DNA of 33,133 bases from an uncultured Anaerolineales bacterium. Its GTDB lineage: Bacteria > Chloroflexota > Anaerolineae > CG2-30-64-16. The number at the start of each line of letters is the position of its first letter. Position 1 is the first letter of the stretch. Both the position numbers and the translations under genes were made by a program. The stretch covers positions 1,655 to 34,787 of the forward strand of contig CAZYHE010000002.1 of NCBI GenBank assembly GCA_964647225.1, read 5' to 3'. Shown one piece after another: positions 24,688 to 32,364 of this stretch. A model generated the notes under the pieces. The model searched no databases, was not told where the DNA came from, and saw only the letters and a list, made by a program, of their open reading frames with translations.

Positions 24688-27522
24688 TCACTGACCCGCC
24701 GGGCCAATGCGCCACGATGCCTCAAGCGCCGCGGCCGGGTTCCCCGTCGCGTCCAGGAAGAGATAATCGGTTGGGTCGTCCGGCCGATAGAAGAAAACCT
24801 CGAACCTGTACTTGTCCTGAGCACCATCGAAGGGCCGGCCCGCCGCCGGGGGCACGCGCAGCGTGTGCGTAGTCGTGATGGTCGCCGCACCCTGCCAGTC
24901 GCGCACCAGGTCGCGGCCGCCGCTGAGCGCCCGGTCGTCCTGCGCCGCCATCTGCCCGGCCGCGTCGAGGAGGCGGGCGCTGATGCTGTAGTCGCTCGCG
25001 GGCCGGTCGAGCAGCCGCCAGGGGAGGGTGACGGTGACGGTCTGGCCCCCCGCGACCGCAAGCTCGGCGGTTTCCACTCCAGTTGCAAAGATCATGGCGA
25101 GACCCGTCGTTTGGGTCAAAGCAATCTCGCCCGCCGCGGCCTGAATCGCCAACAACTCCGTCTCATTCATCGCCGCGGTTACCGCCACCTCCTGCACGAA
25201 GGGCGGCGCGGCCACCCGCGCATCATCGGCCGCCAACCGCAGCCGCTGCGCGTGCGCGCCGCCGGCCGGCGGTCGGGGCAGATCGAGGGGGATCACGCTC
25301 CCCGCGTCCACCAGCAGCGGCAGGCGGACGCGCACCTCGAACGACTGGCCGGACGCGCCCCCGGCTGCTTGCCACGCGCCCCGCACGCGCAGCGGCAGCC
25401 CCGGCGGGATCATGATCTCACGCCCACCCGGCGCGGCCAGAAGCAGAAAGGCCTGACCGTCGGCGGTACTCCAAAAACGGCCGGCCACGGGGCCGATGTT
25501 CGGTGACGCCGGCGGCAGCCGATAAACCCATTCCGGGCCAAACTCCCGTTCGAGACGGACGCCGGACATCCCTCGCGTAGCGAACACATCTCGCAGCGCG
25601 GCCGCCCGCCCCGGCGCAAACGCCTCCATCACCGCGCTGTGGACGATCACCCGCTCGACCCCCAGCCCTCCCAGCAGCGCCAACGAGCGCGCGTCCGGGA
25701 AATGCGCCAGCGTCAGCCCCAACTCGCGATGGTGCGGCGGCACGAAGCCGCTGTAACCGTCGGCGGTCGGCTGCCAGTGGCCGGTCTGGAAGTATTGGTA
25801 GCGCAGCAGGTTGTAGTCGGGCCAGGCGAGCGACGACGCTTCGGCAAACCCGACATTCGCTAAGCCTGTCGAAGCGCCCGCCAAGGGCCGCGGCAGCGAC
25901 GCCATTTCCGATGTCAGCGGCAGCTCGATGATCGTCGTGGCTGGCTGCTCCGCCAGCCACGCGTAGAGCGGCGCGGTCGCCTGCCGGGCGGGCGGCATCG
26001 GCTGGACGGCGAAGCGGCCCAGCCCGCCCGCATACTCAGCCAGGATCAGCAGCGCCAGGGCGGCCGTCACAATGTAACGCAATCTGCCAGCTTGCCCGTC
26101 TCCCCGCCGCAATCTAGCAGATTGCGTTACAACGGTGCGCGCGCCCAGCGCCGCCAGCATTGCCAGCGCCAGGAAGGCCGAATTGGCAAAACGCCCCGGC
26201 GCGCGGATGGCGGTCATGCCGGGCACATGCTCATAAAGCCAGCCGAACGGTAGCGCCAGCCCGCCGGGATCCGCCGCGGTGAGCTTCAATTGCGGGCCGA
26301 GCGACAGAATGACCGCGGTCAGCACCAGCAGGAACCAAAAGCCGCGCCCCAGCCCGGTCTGGGGCCGGCTGCGCCGGATCAGCAGTCCCAGTGCGGCCAA
26401 CCCCAGGACGACTACCCCCGGAAACAGCCCGCCCTCAGCCGACGCCCCCCCCGGCAGCGCCCGGTAGAACGGGTTGGCGACGGGCGGCCGCACCCATTCC
26501 GCCAGCGTGGCCGCGTTGCGCAACGTCTCTCCGATCGAACGCTCCAGCCCCAGCTCGCTCCGCACGCGCAAGTAGGGCGCGGCGAATGGCGCGATCAGCA
26601 CGGCGGCCAGCGCGATCCACGGCAGCATGGCGATGAGACGATGTACAATGTAAGATGTACGATGTAGGATGTACGATGTAGGATGTACGATGTAGGATGT
26701 ACGATGTGTGGCCGATGGCTGATTCCTGCCCCCTGCCCCCTGCCCCCTGCCTCCTGACTCCTGACTCCTGCTCACCACCCGCGCCCCCACGTACAACCCC
26801 ACCGCCAACGCGACCTGAAAGCCATAATAGAACGCCGAGAGGGTCTGGAAGGCTGCGCACAGGGCAAAGAGGAAGCCATCCCGCGGCCGGCCGCGCGTCC
26901 AGAAGCGATCCAAGAAGAGCAACGTCAGCGGCAGCCAGGCGATGCTCAGCAGTTGGAGTTGGCTCAGGTGGCCGAACTGATGGGGCGAGAAGGCATAGAT
27001 CAGGCCCGCGAGGCACGCCGGAAGCCGGTGGCTCGTCATCCGCAGCGCCAGCAGGTATGCGCCGAGGCCCGCCAGCGGGAAGGCCGCCAGGAAAAAGAGG
27101 TTGTAGACAAGCACCGGGTTGTCGGTAGCGGCCAACAGCGGCACGGTGAGCGGCGAAATCGGCCAGAGGATCTCGGAGAAGGCCAGCGCGTTCGGCAGGG
27201 GATGGAAGATCGGCGCGTCGAACAGCGCCCACGGCGCGCGCGGGAGAATATGCGCCTGCCAGGCGATGATCCAGGTGTTGAGCGCCGTATCCGAGCGGTC
27301 GTGCAGGCCCGCGCCGAGCTTGGGGAGGAGCGGCGCAAAGAGCAGGAGGGTCAGAGCGATGTAGGTCAGGAATGCCGGGAGCGATCCGCAGATGAGCGCA
27401 GATGGACGCGAAAACAGGCGGCCGGCATGGCCCGGTATCCGGCTTGCTGCTGGTTTTGTGGTATCATCGTGTCGCAACACAACACCTATCCATGAGGTCA
27501 AACCCAATGCCAACCCCATCAC
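24688..27522 (-). CDS. Large polytopic membrane protein (about 11 TM segments plus a ~430-aa C-terminal soluble domain); GT-C-like glycosyltransferase candidate
   Basis: Hydrophobic segments run throughout the first ~500 aa. There is an acidic first loop (GLHDRSDTALNTW), and the C-terminal domain contains GYSGFVPPHH. The start is uncertain: ATG 27522 would overlap the divergent phosphodiesterase start. Heptamer arrays are embedded at 26641-26768. Confidence 0.5.
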   Translation of the reverse strand: MMGLALGLTSWIGVVLRHDDTTKPAASRIPGHAGRLFSRPSALICGSLPAFLTYIALTLLLFAPLLPKLGAGLHDRSDTALNTWIIAWQAHILPRAPWALFDAPIFHPLPNALAFSEILWPISPLTVPLLAATDNPVLVYNLFFLAAFPLAGLGAYLLALRMTSHRLPACLAGLIYAFSPHQFGHLSQLQLLSIAWLPLTLLFLDRFWTRGRPRDGFLFALCAAFQTLSAFYYGFQVALAVGLYVGARVVSRSQESGGRGQGAGGRNQPSATHRTSYIVHPTSYILHRTSYIVHRLIAMLPWIALAAVLIAPFAAPYLRVRSELGLERSIGETLRNAATLAEWVRPPVANPFYRALPGGASAEGGLFPGVVVLGLAALGLLIRRSRPQTGLGRGFWFLLVLTAVILSLGPQLKLTAADPGGLALPFGWLYEHVPGMTAIRAPGRFANSAFLALAMLAALGARTVVTQSARLRRGDGQAGRLRYIVTAALALLILAEYAGGLGRFAVQPMPPARQATAPLYAWLAEQPATTIIELPLTSEMASLPRPLAGASTGLANVGFAEASSLAWPDYNLLRYQYFQTGHWQPTADGYSGFVPPHHRELGLTLAHFPDARSLALLGGLGVERVIVHSAVMEAFAPGRAAALRDVFATRGMSGVRLEREFGPEWVYRLPPASPNIGPVAGRFWSTADGQAFLLLAAPGGREIMIPPGLPLRVRGAWQAAGGASGQSFEVRVRLPLLVDAGSVIPLDLPRPPAGGAHAQRLRLAADDARVAAPPFVQEVAVTAAMNETELLAIQAAAGEIALTQTTGLAMIFATGVETAELAVAGGQTVTVTLPWRLLDRPASDYSISARLLDAAGQMAAQDDRALSGGRDLVRDWQGAATITTTHTLRVPPAAGRPFDGAQDKYRFEVFFYRPDDPTDYLFLDATGNPAAALEASWRIGPAGQ
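24811..24835. repeat. Family-A repeat copy inside the membrane-protein gene (C-terminal domain)
   Basis: CTTGTCCTGAGCACCATCGAAGGGC, two mismatches from the GH38 unit. Translated as PFDGAQDK. Confidence 0.75.
25859..25877. repeat. Family-A half-unit inside the membrane-protein gene
   Basis: GCTAAGCCTGTCGAAGCGC, one mismatch from the left arm at 16401-16418. Translated as GASTGLA. Confidence 0.55.
26641..26710. repeat. Heptanucleotide tandem array (10 units, ATGTASG) inside the membrane-protein gene
   Basis: ATGTACA ATGTAAG then (ATGTACG ATGTAGG) x3, ATGTACG, ATGTGTG. Translated as HRTSYIVHPTSYILHRTSYIVH. AT-rich against the GC-rich background. Confidence 0.85.
26720..26768. repeat. Heptanucleotide tandem array (7 units, TGNNYCC) inside the membrane-protein gene, 9 nt from the ATGTASG array
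   Basis: TGATTCC TGCCCCC TGCCCCC TGCCCCC TGCCTCC TGACTCC TGACTCC, the same unit family as 22315-22356. Translated as SQESGGRGQGAGGRNQ. Confidence 0.85.
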
Positions 27523-28301
27523 CCGTCGTCCTGATCGTCATTGACGGTCTCTGCGCCGCCGCGCCGGAGGCCGCCCGCTGCCCGAATATCGCGACGTTGC
27601 GCGCGGCGGGGGCGTCCACGCTGGCCGCGACCAGCCTGATGCCCTCGATCACGCTCCCGTGTCACATGTCCATCTTTCACAGCGTCCCACCGACGCGTCA
27701 CGGCATCACCACGAACACCTATCAGCCGATGGCGCGGCCGCTGCCGGGGCTGACCGACGTGGCGCACCAGGCCGGGCTGCGCACCGCGGCGATCCACAAC
27801 TGGGAGCCGCTGCGCGATCTGAGCCGGCCGCTCAGCCTCGATTTCAGCCTGTGCCGCAACGACTCGGACACGAACCCCGACAGCGATGAGCGCGTGGCCG
27901 ACGAAGCGATCCGCCACCTGGCGGAGGGCCGGCCCGATTTTGCCTTCGTCTACTTCGGCCGGCTGGATGCGGTCGGGCACGATCGCGACTTCATGTCCGA
28001 CCCCTACCTGGCGCACCTGGAACGCACCGACGCGGCGCTCGGCCGCTTGCTGGCGAGCCTGCCCGGCCCCGCAACTGTGCTGCTGACGACCGATCACGGC
28101 GGGCACGGCCGCGGCCACGGCACGGAGGTGCTCGAAGACATGATCGTGCCCTGGGTCATCGCCGGGCCGGGCATCCGCCGGGGCCACCCCATCGCCGGGC
28201 CGGTGAGCCTCCTCGACACCGCGCCGACGTTGGCGCGCGTCATGGAGCTCCGCCCGCCGCGCGAGTGGGAGGGCCGCGTCGTGGAGGAGGTCTTCGCGTA
28301 A
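27492..28301 (+). CDS. Alkaline-phosphatase superfamily phosphodiesterase / nucleotide pyrophosphatase-like protein
   Basis: ORF 27402..28301 trimmed to ATG 27492 (or 27507). Motifs: VVLIVIDGL, nucleophile region PSITLPCHMSIFHS, PTRHGI, GRLDAVGHD, TTDHGGHG. Confidence 0.75.
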   Translation: MRSNPMPTPSPVVLIVIDGLCAAAPEAARCPNIATLRAAGASTLAATSLMPSITLPCHMSIFHSVPPTRHGITTNTYQPMARPLPGLTDVAHQAGLRTAAIHNWEPLRDLSRPLSLDFSLCRNDSDTNPDSDERVADEAIRHLAEGRPDFAFVYFGRLDAVGHDRDFMSDPYLAHLERTDAALGRLLASLPGPATVLLTTDHGGHGRGHGTEVLEDMIVPWVIAGPGIRRGHPIAGPVSLLDTAPTLARVMELRPPREWEGRVVEEVFA

Positions 28302-28304
28302 GGT

Positions 28305-28331
28305 GTAGGGACGAGGTGACCTCGTCCCTAC
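28305..28331. terminator. 12-bp-stem hairpin between convergent genes (possible bidirectional terminator or REP-like element)
   Basis: GTAGGGACGAGG tga CCTCGTCCCTAC, starting 4 nt after the phosphodiesterase stop and overlapping the CMD-like stop codon. Only a weak T-run (GTTTCC) follows on the plus strand. Confidence 0.4.
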
Positions 28332-28681
28332 GTTTCCGTCGCGGCCAGCACCTCATCCATCCGCGCATACGCGCGGCGCAGGTGCGGGATGACGATCGAG
28401 CCGCCCACCACCAGCGCGACCGCGAACGCCTCTTCGAATTCCGGCACAGTGACGCCGCACCGGGCACACTGGATCACGTGGTAGGTGATGCAGTCGTCGC
28501 AGCGGAGCACCATCGAGGCGACCAGCCCCATCAGCTCTTTGGTTTTGGCCGGCAGCGCACCATCTTCATACGCTTCGCCATCCAATCGGAAGAAGCGTTT
28601 GATGACGCGCTCATCGCCGGAGAGGATGCGTTCGTTGGCGGCCAACCGCTCGGCCTGAAAATCGGCCAGGCTCTTATCCAT
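28328..28681 (-). CDS. Carboxymuconolactone decarboxylase / AhpD-like family protein
   Basis: 117 aa with the CxxCxxxH motif (RCDDCITYH) and LPAKTKELMGLV, typical of the CMD/AhpD fold. GAGGG lies 5 nt upstream of ATG 28681. Confidence 0.8.
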   Translation of the reverse strand: MDKSLADFQAERLAANERILSGDERVIKRFFRLDGEAYEDGALPAKTKELMGLVASMVLRCDDCITYHVIQCARCGVTVPEFEEAFAVALVVGGSIVIPHLRRAYARMDEVLAATET

Positions 28682-28707
28682 GTAACCCTCTTAACCCGGA
28701 CAAACCA

Positions 28708-28779
28708 GAACCGCGAAGACGCCAAGAACGCCAAGCGGAGAAATTTAAAGCCTTTGCGAACTTGGCGTCTTCGCGGTTC
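28708..28779. repeat. Intergenic perfect inverted repeat (19-bp arms, 34-nt AT-rich loop), REP-like
   Basis: GAACCGCGAAGACGCCAAG ...34 nt... CTTGGCGTCTTCGCGGTTC. The loop starts with a direct re-iteration AACGCCAAG. A 7-bp hairpin TTCTTGC/GCAAGAA lies at 28782-28803. Confidence 0.7.
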
Positions 28780-28818
28780 GATTCTTGCTTTCTGTGCAAG
28801 AACTCAACTCGCAAGGTA

Positions 28819-30207
28819 CTACCGCGTCTGCTGGCTGTGCGAACCGGCCCCGGCCGCCGGGTAGGGCGGAAGGACGGGCGCGCGCTGCCCGCTGGGACGC
28901 GGCGGCGCGGGCGTGATCGTCGGGGCCGCCTCGCCCGCGGCGACCATGCGCTCGATCAGCCGCGCCCGCAGCGCATCGGTCACCTCGCGGAACGCGTCCA
29001 CGCCGATGATATTGTTCAGCTCGTAGGGGTCGGCTTGCAGATCATACAGGTATTCTTCGACATAATGATCGGCGCCGCCCACCTGCCAGCCGTGCAGGTC
29101 GGGGGCATAGACGCTGTACTTCCAGCGCGGCGTGCGGATGGCCCGGCCCACCTGTGACTCGCTGATCTGGATGAAAGCCTCTTCCGGCCAGCTCGCGCTG
29201 CGGTCGCGCAGCAGCGGCAGGATGGAGCGGCCATCCATCTCCGGCGGCACGGGCAGCCCCGCGGCATCCAGCAGGGTCGGCGGCAGATCCACCAGGCTGA
29301 CGAGCTGGCGCACCTGCCCGCCCCCCTCGAAACCGGGGCCTCGGAAGGCGGTGGGCGTGCGCACGGCGGCCTCGTGGCACGAGCGTTTGTACTCGGCGTT
29401 GCGCGTCTTGAAGTGCGAGCCGTGATCCGAGGTGTACATCACGATCGTGTCGTCGGCCAACCCCAGGCTCTTCAGTGCGTCGAGCAGCCGGCCCAACGCC
29501 TCGTCCAGCCGCTTGACCATGCCGAAGTAGCCGCCCAGGTGTGCGTGGGCCGAGCCGCCCAGCGCGGCCAGATCGGGCGGGATCCAGCGGCCCGCGTAGC
29601 GTTCACGGTAGCCGTCCGGGGCCACGTAATCATCGAGATGATTCTGATGGTGCGGCTCCAGGTAGGAGATGAAGAGGAAGAACGGCTCGGCCTGATGGTC
29701 GTTGACGTAGCGGATGGCCGCATCGGTCAGCGCATCCACGCGGTAGCCGGGCAGCTTCACCCGCGTGCCCGCGCCGTCGTACATCACCGTGTCATACGCA
29801 TCGGAGGTGAACTCCAACAGGTTCGCGCCCAACCACGATTCATAGCCGCCCTGCTGATCGGCCGGGATGGGGTCGCGGTCGGCCAGGTGCCACTTGCCGA
29901 TGTACGCCGTCCGATAGCCCGCCGCGCCGAAATAGTGGGCCAGGGTCTTTTGATCGCCCGGCAAGGGGATGCCGTTGCGAAAAACCGTGGTTCGGGTCGC
30001 GTAAAGCCCGGTTTGCAGCGATGCCCGCGCCGGCGCGCATACCGGCTGGCAGGTGATCGAGTTGTAGATGTGGGTTCCCCCCTGCGCCATCCGATCAAAG
30101 TTCGGGGTCAAGTCGAGCGGGTTGCCGTGAACGCCGGTGGTGTCCCAGCGCTGCTGATCGGTGAAGAAGACGATCACGTTGGGCCGGTTCGGCCGAGGTT
30201 GGTTCAT
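28819..30207 (-). CDS. Formylglycine-dependent sulfatase (arylsulfatase family)
   Basis: Motifs: NVIVFFTDQQRWD, the exact CxPxRxxxxTG signature (CAPARASLQTG), GKWHL and YTSDHGSH. No signal peptide by eye. Confidence 0.85.
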   Translation of the reverse strand: MNQPRPNRPNVIVFFTDQQRWDTTGVHGNPLDLTPNFDRMAQGGTHIYNSITCQPVCAPARASLQTGLYATRTTVFRNGIPLPGDQKTLAHYFGAAGYRTAYIGKWHLADRDPIPADQQGGYESWLGANLLEFTSDAYDTVMYDGAGTRVKLPGYRVDALTDAAIRYVNDHQAEPFFLFISYLEPHHQNHLDDYVAPDGYRERYAGRWIPPDLAALGGSAHAHLGGYFGMVKRLDEALGRLLDALKSLGLADDTIVMYTSDHGSHFKTRNAEYKRSCHEAAVRTPTAFRGPGFEGGGQVRQLVSLVDLPPTLLDAAGLPVPPEMDGRSILPLLRDRSASWPEEAFIQISESQVGRAIRTPRWKYSVYAPDLHGWQVGGADHYVEEYLYDLQADPYELNNIIGVDAFREVTDALRARLIERMVAAGEAAPTITPAPPRPSGQRAPVLPPYPAAGAGSHSQQTR

Positions 30208-30325
30208 GGATTTTGCTCCTCAGTGGGTTGTGATCTGACCGCGCCATTATACCGCAAGTCGGGGCAGAAGTTTGCTTCCGCGGGTGAGATCGGCTAAGAT
30301 GGGGGCGGAGGTTGGCAGAGAGAGT

Positions 30326-31390
30326 ATGGCGCTGATTCTGGCTATCGAGACCTCGTGCGACGAGACCGCCGCGGCGGTGATCGAGGACGGCCATCGCATC
30401 CGGTCGAACGTCGTCGCCTCGCAGATCGAACTGCACCGGCCCTATGGCGGCGTCTTCCCGGAGATCGCGTCGCGGCAGCACGTGTTCGACATCGTGCCGG
30501 TGATCGAACGCGCGGTGGCAGAGGCGGGCAGCGACTGGACCGATCTGGCCGCGCTGGCGGTGACGCGCGGGCCGGGGCTGGCCGGCTCGCTGCTGGTCGG
30601 CGTGAACGCGGCCAAGGCCGCGGCCTGGGCGCGCGGGCTGCCGATCGTGGCGGTCAACCACCTGGAAGGCCATCTCTATTCCAACTGGCTCGACGAGGGG
30701 GGCAAGATCGGCGCGGCGGCCATCACCCGGCCGAGCCTCCCGGAGCTGGATGCCGCGGGCCGCGCGTTCCCGCTCCTGGTGCTGATCGTCTCCGGCGGGC
30801 ACACCGAGATCATTTTGATTGCCGGCCACGGGCAATATCGCCGGCTGGGCGCCACACTCGATGACGCGGCCGGCGAGGCGTTCGACAAGGTGGCCCGGCT
30901 CCTGGGGCTGGGCTATCCGGGCGGGCCGGCGATCCAGAAGGCGGCGGAAGGGGGCAACCCGGCGGCCTTCGACTTCCCTCGCGCACTGGCGGCCGGCGCG
31001 GAGCATCGCTTCAACTTCAGTTTCAGCGGATTGAAGACCGCCGTGCTGCGCCAGGTGCGCGAGTTGGGCGCGGGGCCGCTGCCGGTGGCTGATCTGGCCG
31101 CCAGCTTCCAGGCCGCGGTCGTGGATGTGCTCGTCAGCAAGACTGCGGACGCAGCGCGCGCGTTCGGCGTGGCCCGCGTCTGCGTGTGCGGCGGGGTGGC
31201 GGCCAACAAAGCGTTGCGCGCCGCGGTGAGCGAGCGCCTGCCCGTGCCGGCCTCGATCCCGCCCTTCTTCCTCTGCACCGACAACGCCGCGATGATCGGC
31301 GCGGCCGCGCACTATCGCCTGCTGCGCGACGGCCCGACCGCGCTCGATTTCGATGTGGAGCCGGATTTGGCGCTCCCGGTCGAGCGTTAG
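30326..31390 (+). CDS. tsaD: tRNA N6-adenosine threonylcarbamoyltransferase
   Basis: ORF 30272..31390 trimmed to ATG 30326. Motifs: ILAIETSCDETAAAV, YGGVFPEIASRQH, GPGLAGSLLVG, VNHLEGH, SGGHTE, GEAFDKVARLLGLGYPGGP, FSFSGLKTAV, GGVAAN. Confidence 0.9.
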   Translation: MALILAIETSCDETAAAVIEDGHRIRSNVVASQIELHRPYGGVFPEIASRQHVFDIVPVIERAVAEAGSDWTDLAALAVTRGPGLAGSLLVGVNAAKAAAWARGLPIVAVNHLEGHLYSNWLDEGGKIGAAAITRPSLPELDAAGRAFPLLVLIVSGGHTEIILIAGHGQYRRLGATLDDAAGEAFDKVARLLGLGYPGGPAIQKAAEGGNPAAFDFPRALAAGAEHRFNFSFSGLKTAVLRQVRELGAGPLPVADLAASFQAAVVDVLVSKTADAARAFGVARVCVCGGVAANKALRAAVSERLPVPASIPPFFLCTDNAAMIGAAAHYRLLRDGPTALDFDVEPDLALPVER

Positions 31391-32364
31391 CGATACCCCG
31401 GCATCTCGATCACGATCTTGACCGCGCCATCGTTTCGGTCGCGCGCCAACTGATAGCCCTGCTGGACTCGGTCGAATGGCAGCCGGTGCGTCAGGAGCGG
31501 CGACACGTCAATCGCGCCACTCGCCACCAGATCCAGCGCCGCGCGGGTGGATTTCAGCCCCGGCTCGAACCCCGCGCCCGCGATGGAGGTGGTGGTGCAG
31601 TACTTGCGGAAGAACATCTCGTAATCGAAGGCGAAGCCATAGGCGCGCGGGATGCCGAAGAAGAGGATGTGGCCGTAGGTCTTGACCAGGGCCGGGGCCA
31701 GATTGATCGAACTCTCCTCGCCCGCGGCCTCGATCACGACATCGGCCATCTGTCCCCCGGTGATCTCGGCCACGGCTTGGACGGCGTCATCGGTCGCGTT
31801 GCAGAGCGCGTGGGTGGCGCCGAACCGCGGCGCGACGGCCGCCCGATGCGCCACGATGTCCAGCGCGATGACCCGCGCCGCGCCCAGCCGGCGGCACATC
31901 GCCGCGAAGAAAAGCCCGGCCGACCCCAGGCCGATGATCGCGACATCCTTGTTGATGAGGCTCGGCAACCGTTGACTGGCGAAGATCACCGTGCCGAGCT
32001 GCTGGGCCATCAGCAGATGGTCGTGCGGCTTGCCGGGCGGCAAAACGAGCACATGCTCGACCGGCGCCAGGAAGTACTCGGCCATCGCCGTGTGGTAGGG
32101 CGCCATCGTCAGCGCGACATCGCCCGGCTTCAGGCCGCAGCCCGGCGCATCCACCGCCTCCACGACCCCGATCATCTCATGCCCCGACGTGCCGCGCGGG
32201 AAGGGGTAGCGATCCGGCGGCTCGTAATAGACCATGTGGACATCGCTGCCGCAGAGCGAGACCAGCCGCGTCTTCACTAGGGCATAGCCCGGCTTCAACT
32301 CAGGCTTCGGCGCTTCGACGAAACGCGGCGCACCGGCCGCGATACATTGGACTGCCTGCATCAT
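31387..32364 (-). CDS. Zinc-dependent medium-chain alcohol/polyol dehydrogenase
   Basis: ORF 31387..32706 trimmed to ATG 32364 (GGAGGA upstream; ATGA overlap with the FemAB-like stop). Motifs: catalytic zinc CGSDVH and SGHEMIG; Rossmann GxGxxG (IIGLGSAGL). Its stop overlaps the tsaD stop convergently. Confidence 0.8.
   Translation of the reverse strand: MMQAVQCIAAGAPRFVEAPKPELKPGYALVKTRLVSLCGSDVHMVYYEPPDRYPFPRGTSGHEMIGVVEAVDAPGCGLKPGDVALTMAPYHTAMAEYFLAPVEHVLVLPPGKPHDHLLMAQQLGTVIFASQRLPSLINKDVAIIGLGSAGLFFAAMCRRLGAARVIALDIVAHRAAVAPRFGATHALCNATDDAVQAVAEITGGQMADVVIEAAGEESSINLAPALVKTYGHILFFGIPRAYGFAFDYEMFFRKYCTTTSIAGAGFEPGLKSTRAALDLVASGAIDVSPLLTHRLPFDRVQQGYQLARDRNDGAVKIVIEMPGYR

Noticed and set aside
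30208-30325. Divergent promoter for sulfatase and tsaD (for example TTGCTT-17-TAAGAT at 30272-30300).
   Set aside because: The -35 match is weak (3 of 6) and there is no supporting feature. Plausible, but not strong enough to list as a feature.
369-31312. Many long ORFs on the strand opposite, or in alternative frames, to the called genes. Examples: 369..1424(-), 1448..3094(-), 3889..5250(-), 7193..8626(+), 9565..10692(+), 10508..11782(+), 13348..14388(+), 15353..16405(+), 16835..18175(+), 18176..20224(+), 20071..22242(+), 23104..24255(+), 24289..25506(+), 29374..30297(+), 30095..31312(-), 31186..32280(+).
   Set aside because: These are shadow ORFs, expected in GC-rich DNA. Their translations are Arg/Pro/Gly/Ala-rich low-complexity strings with no recognisable motifs. 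Each fully overlaps a gene with a clear family signature in another frame.
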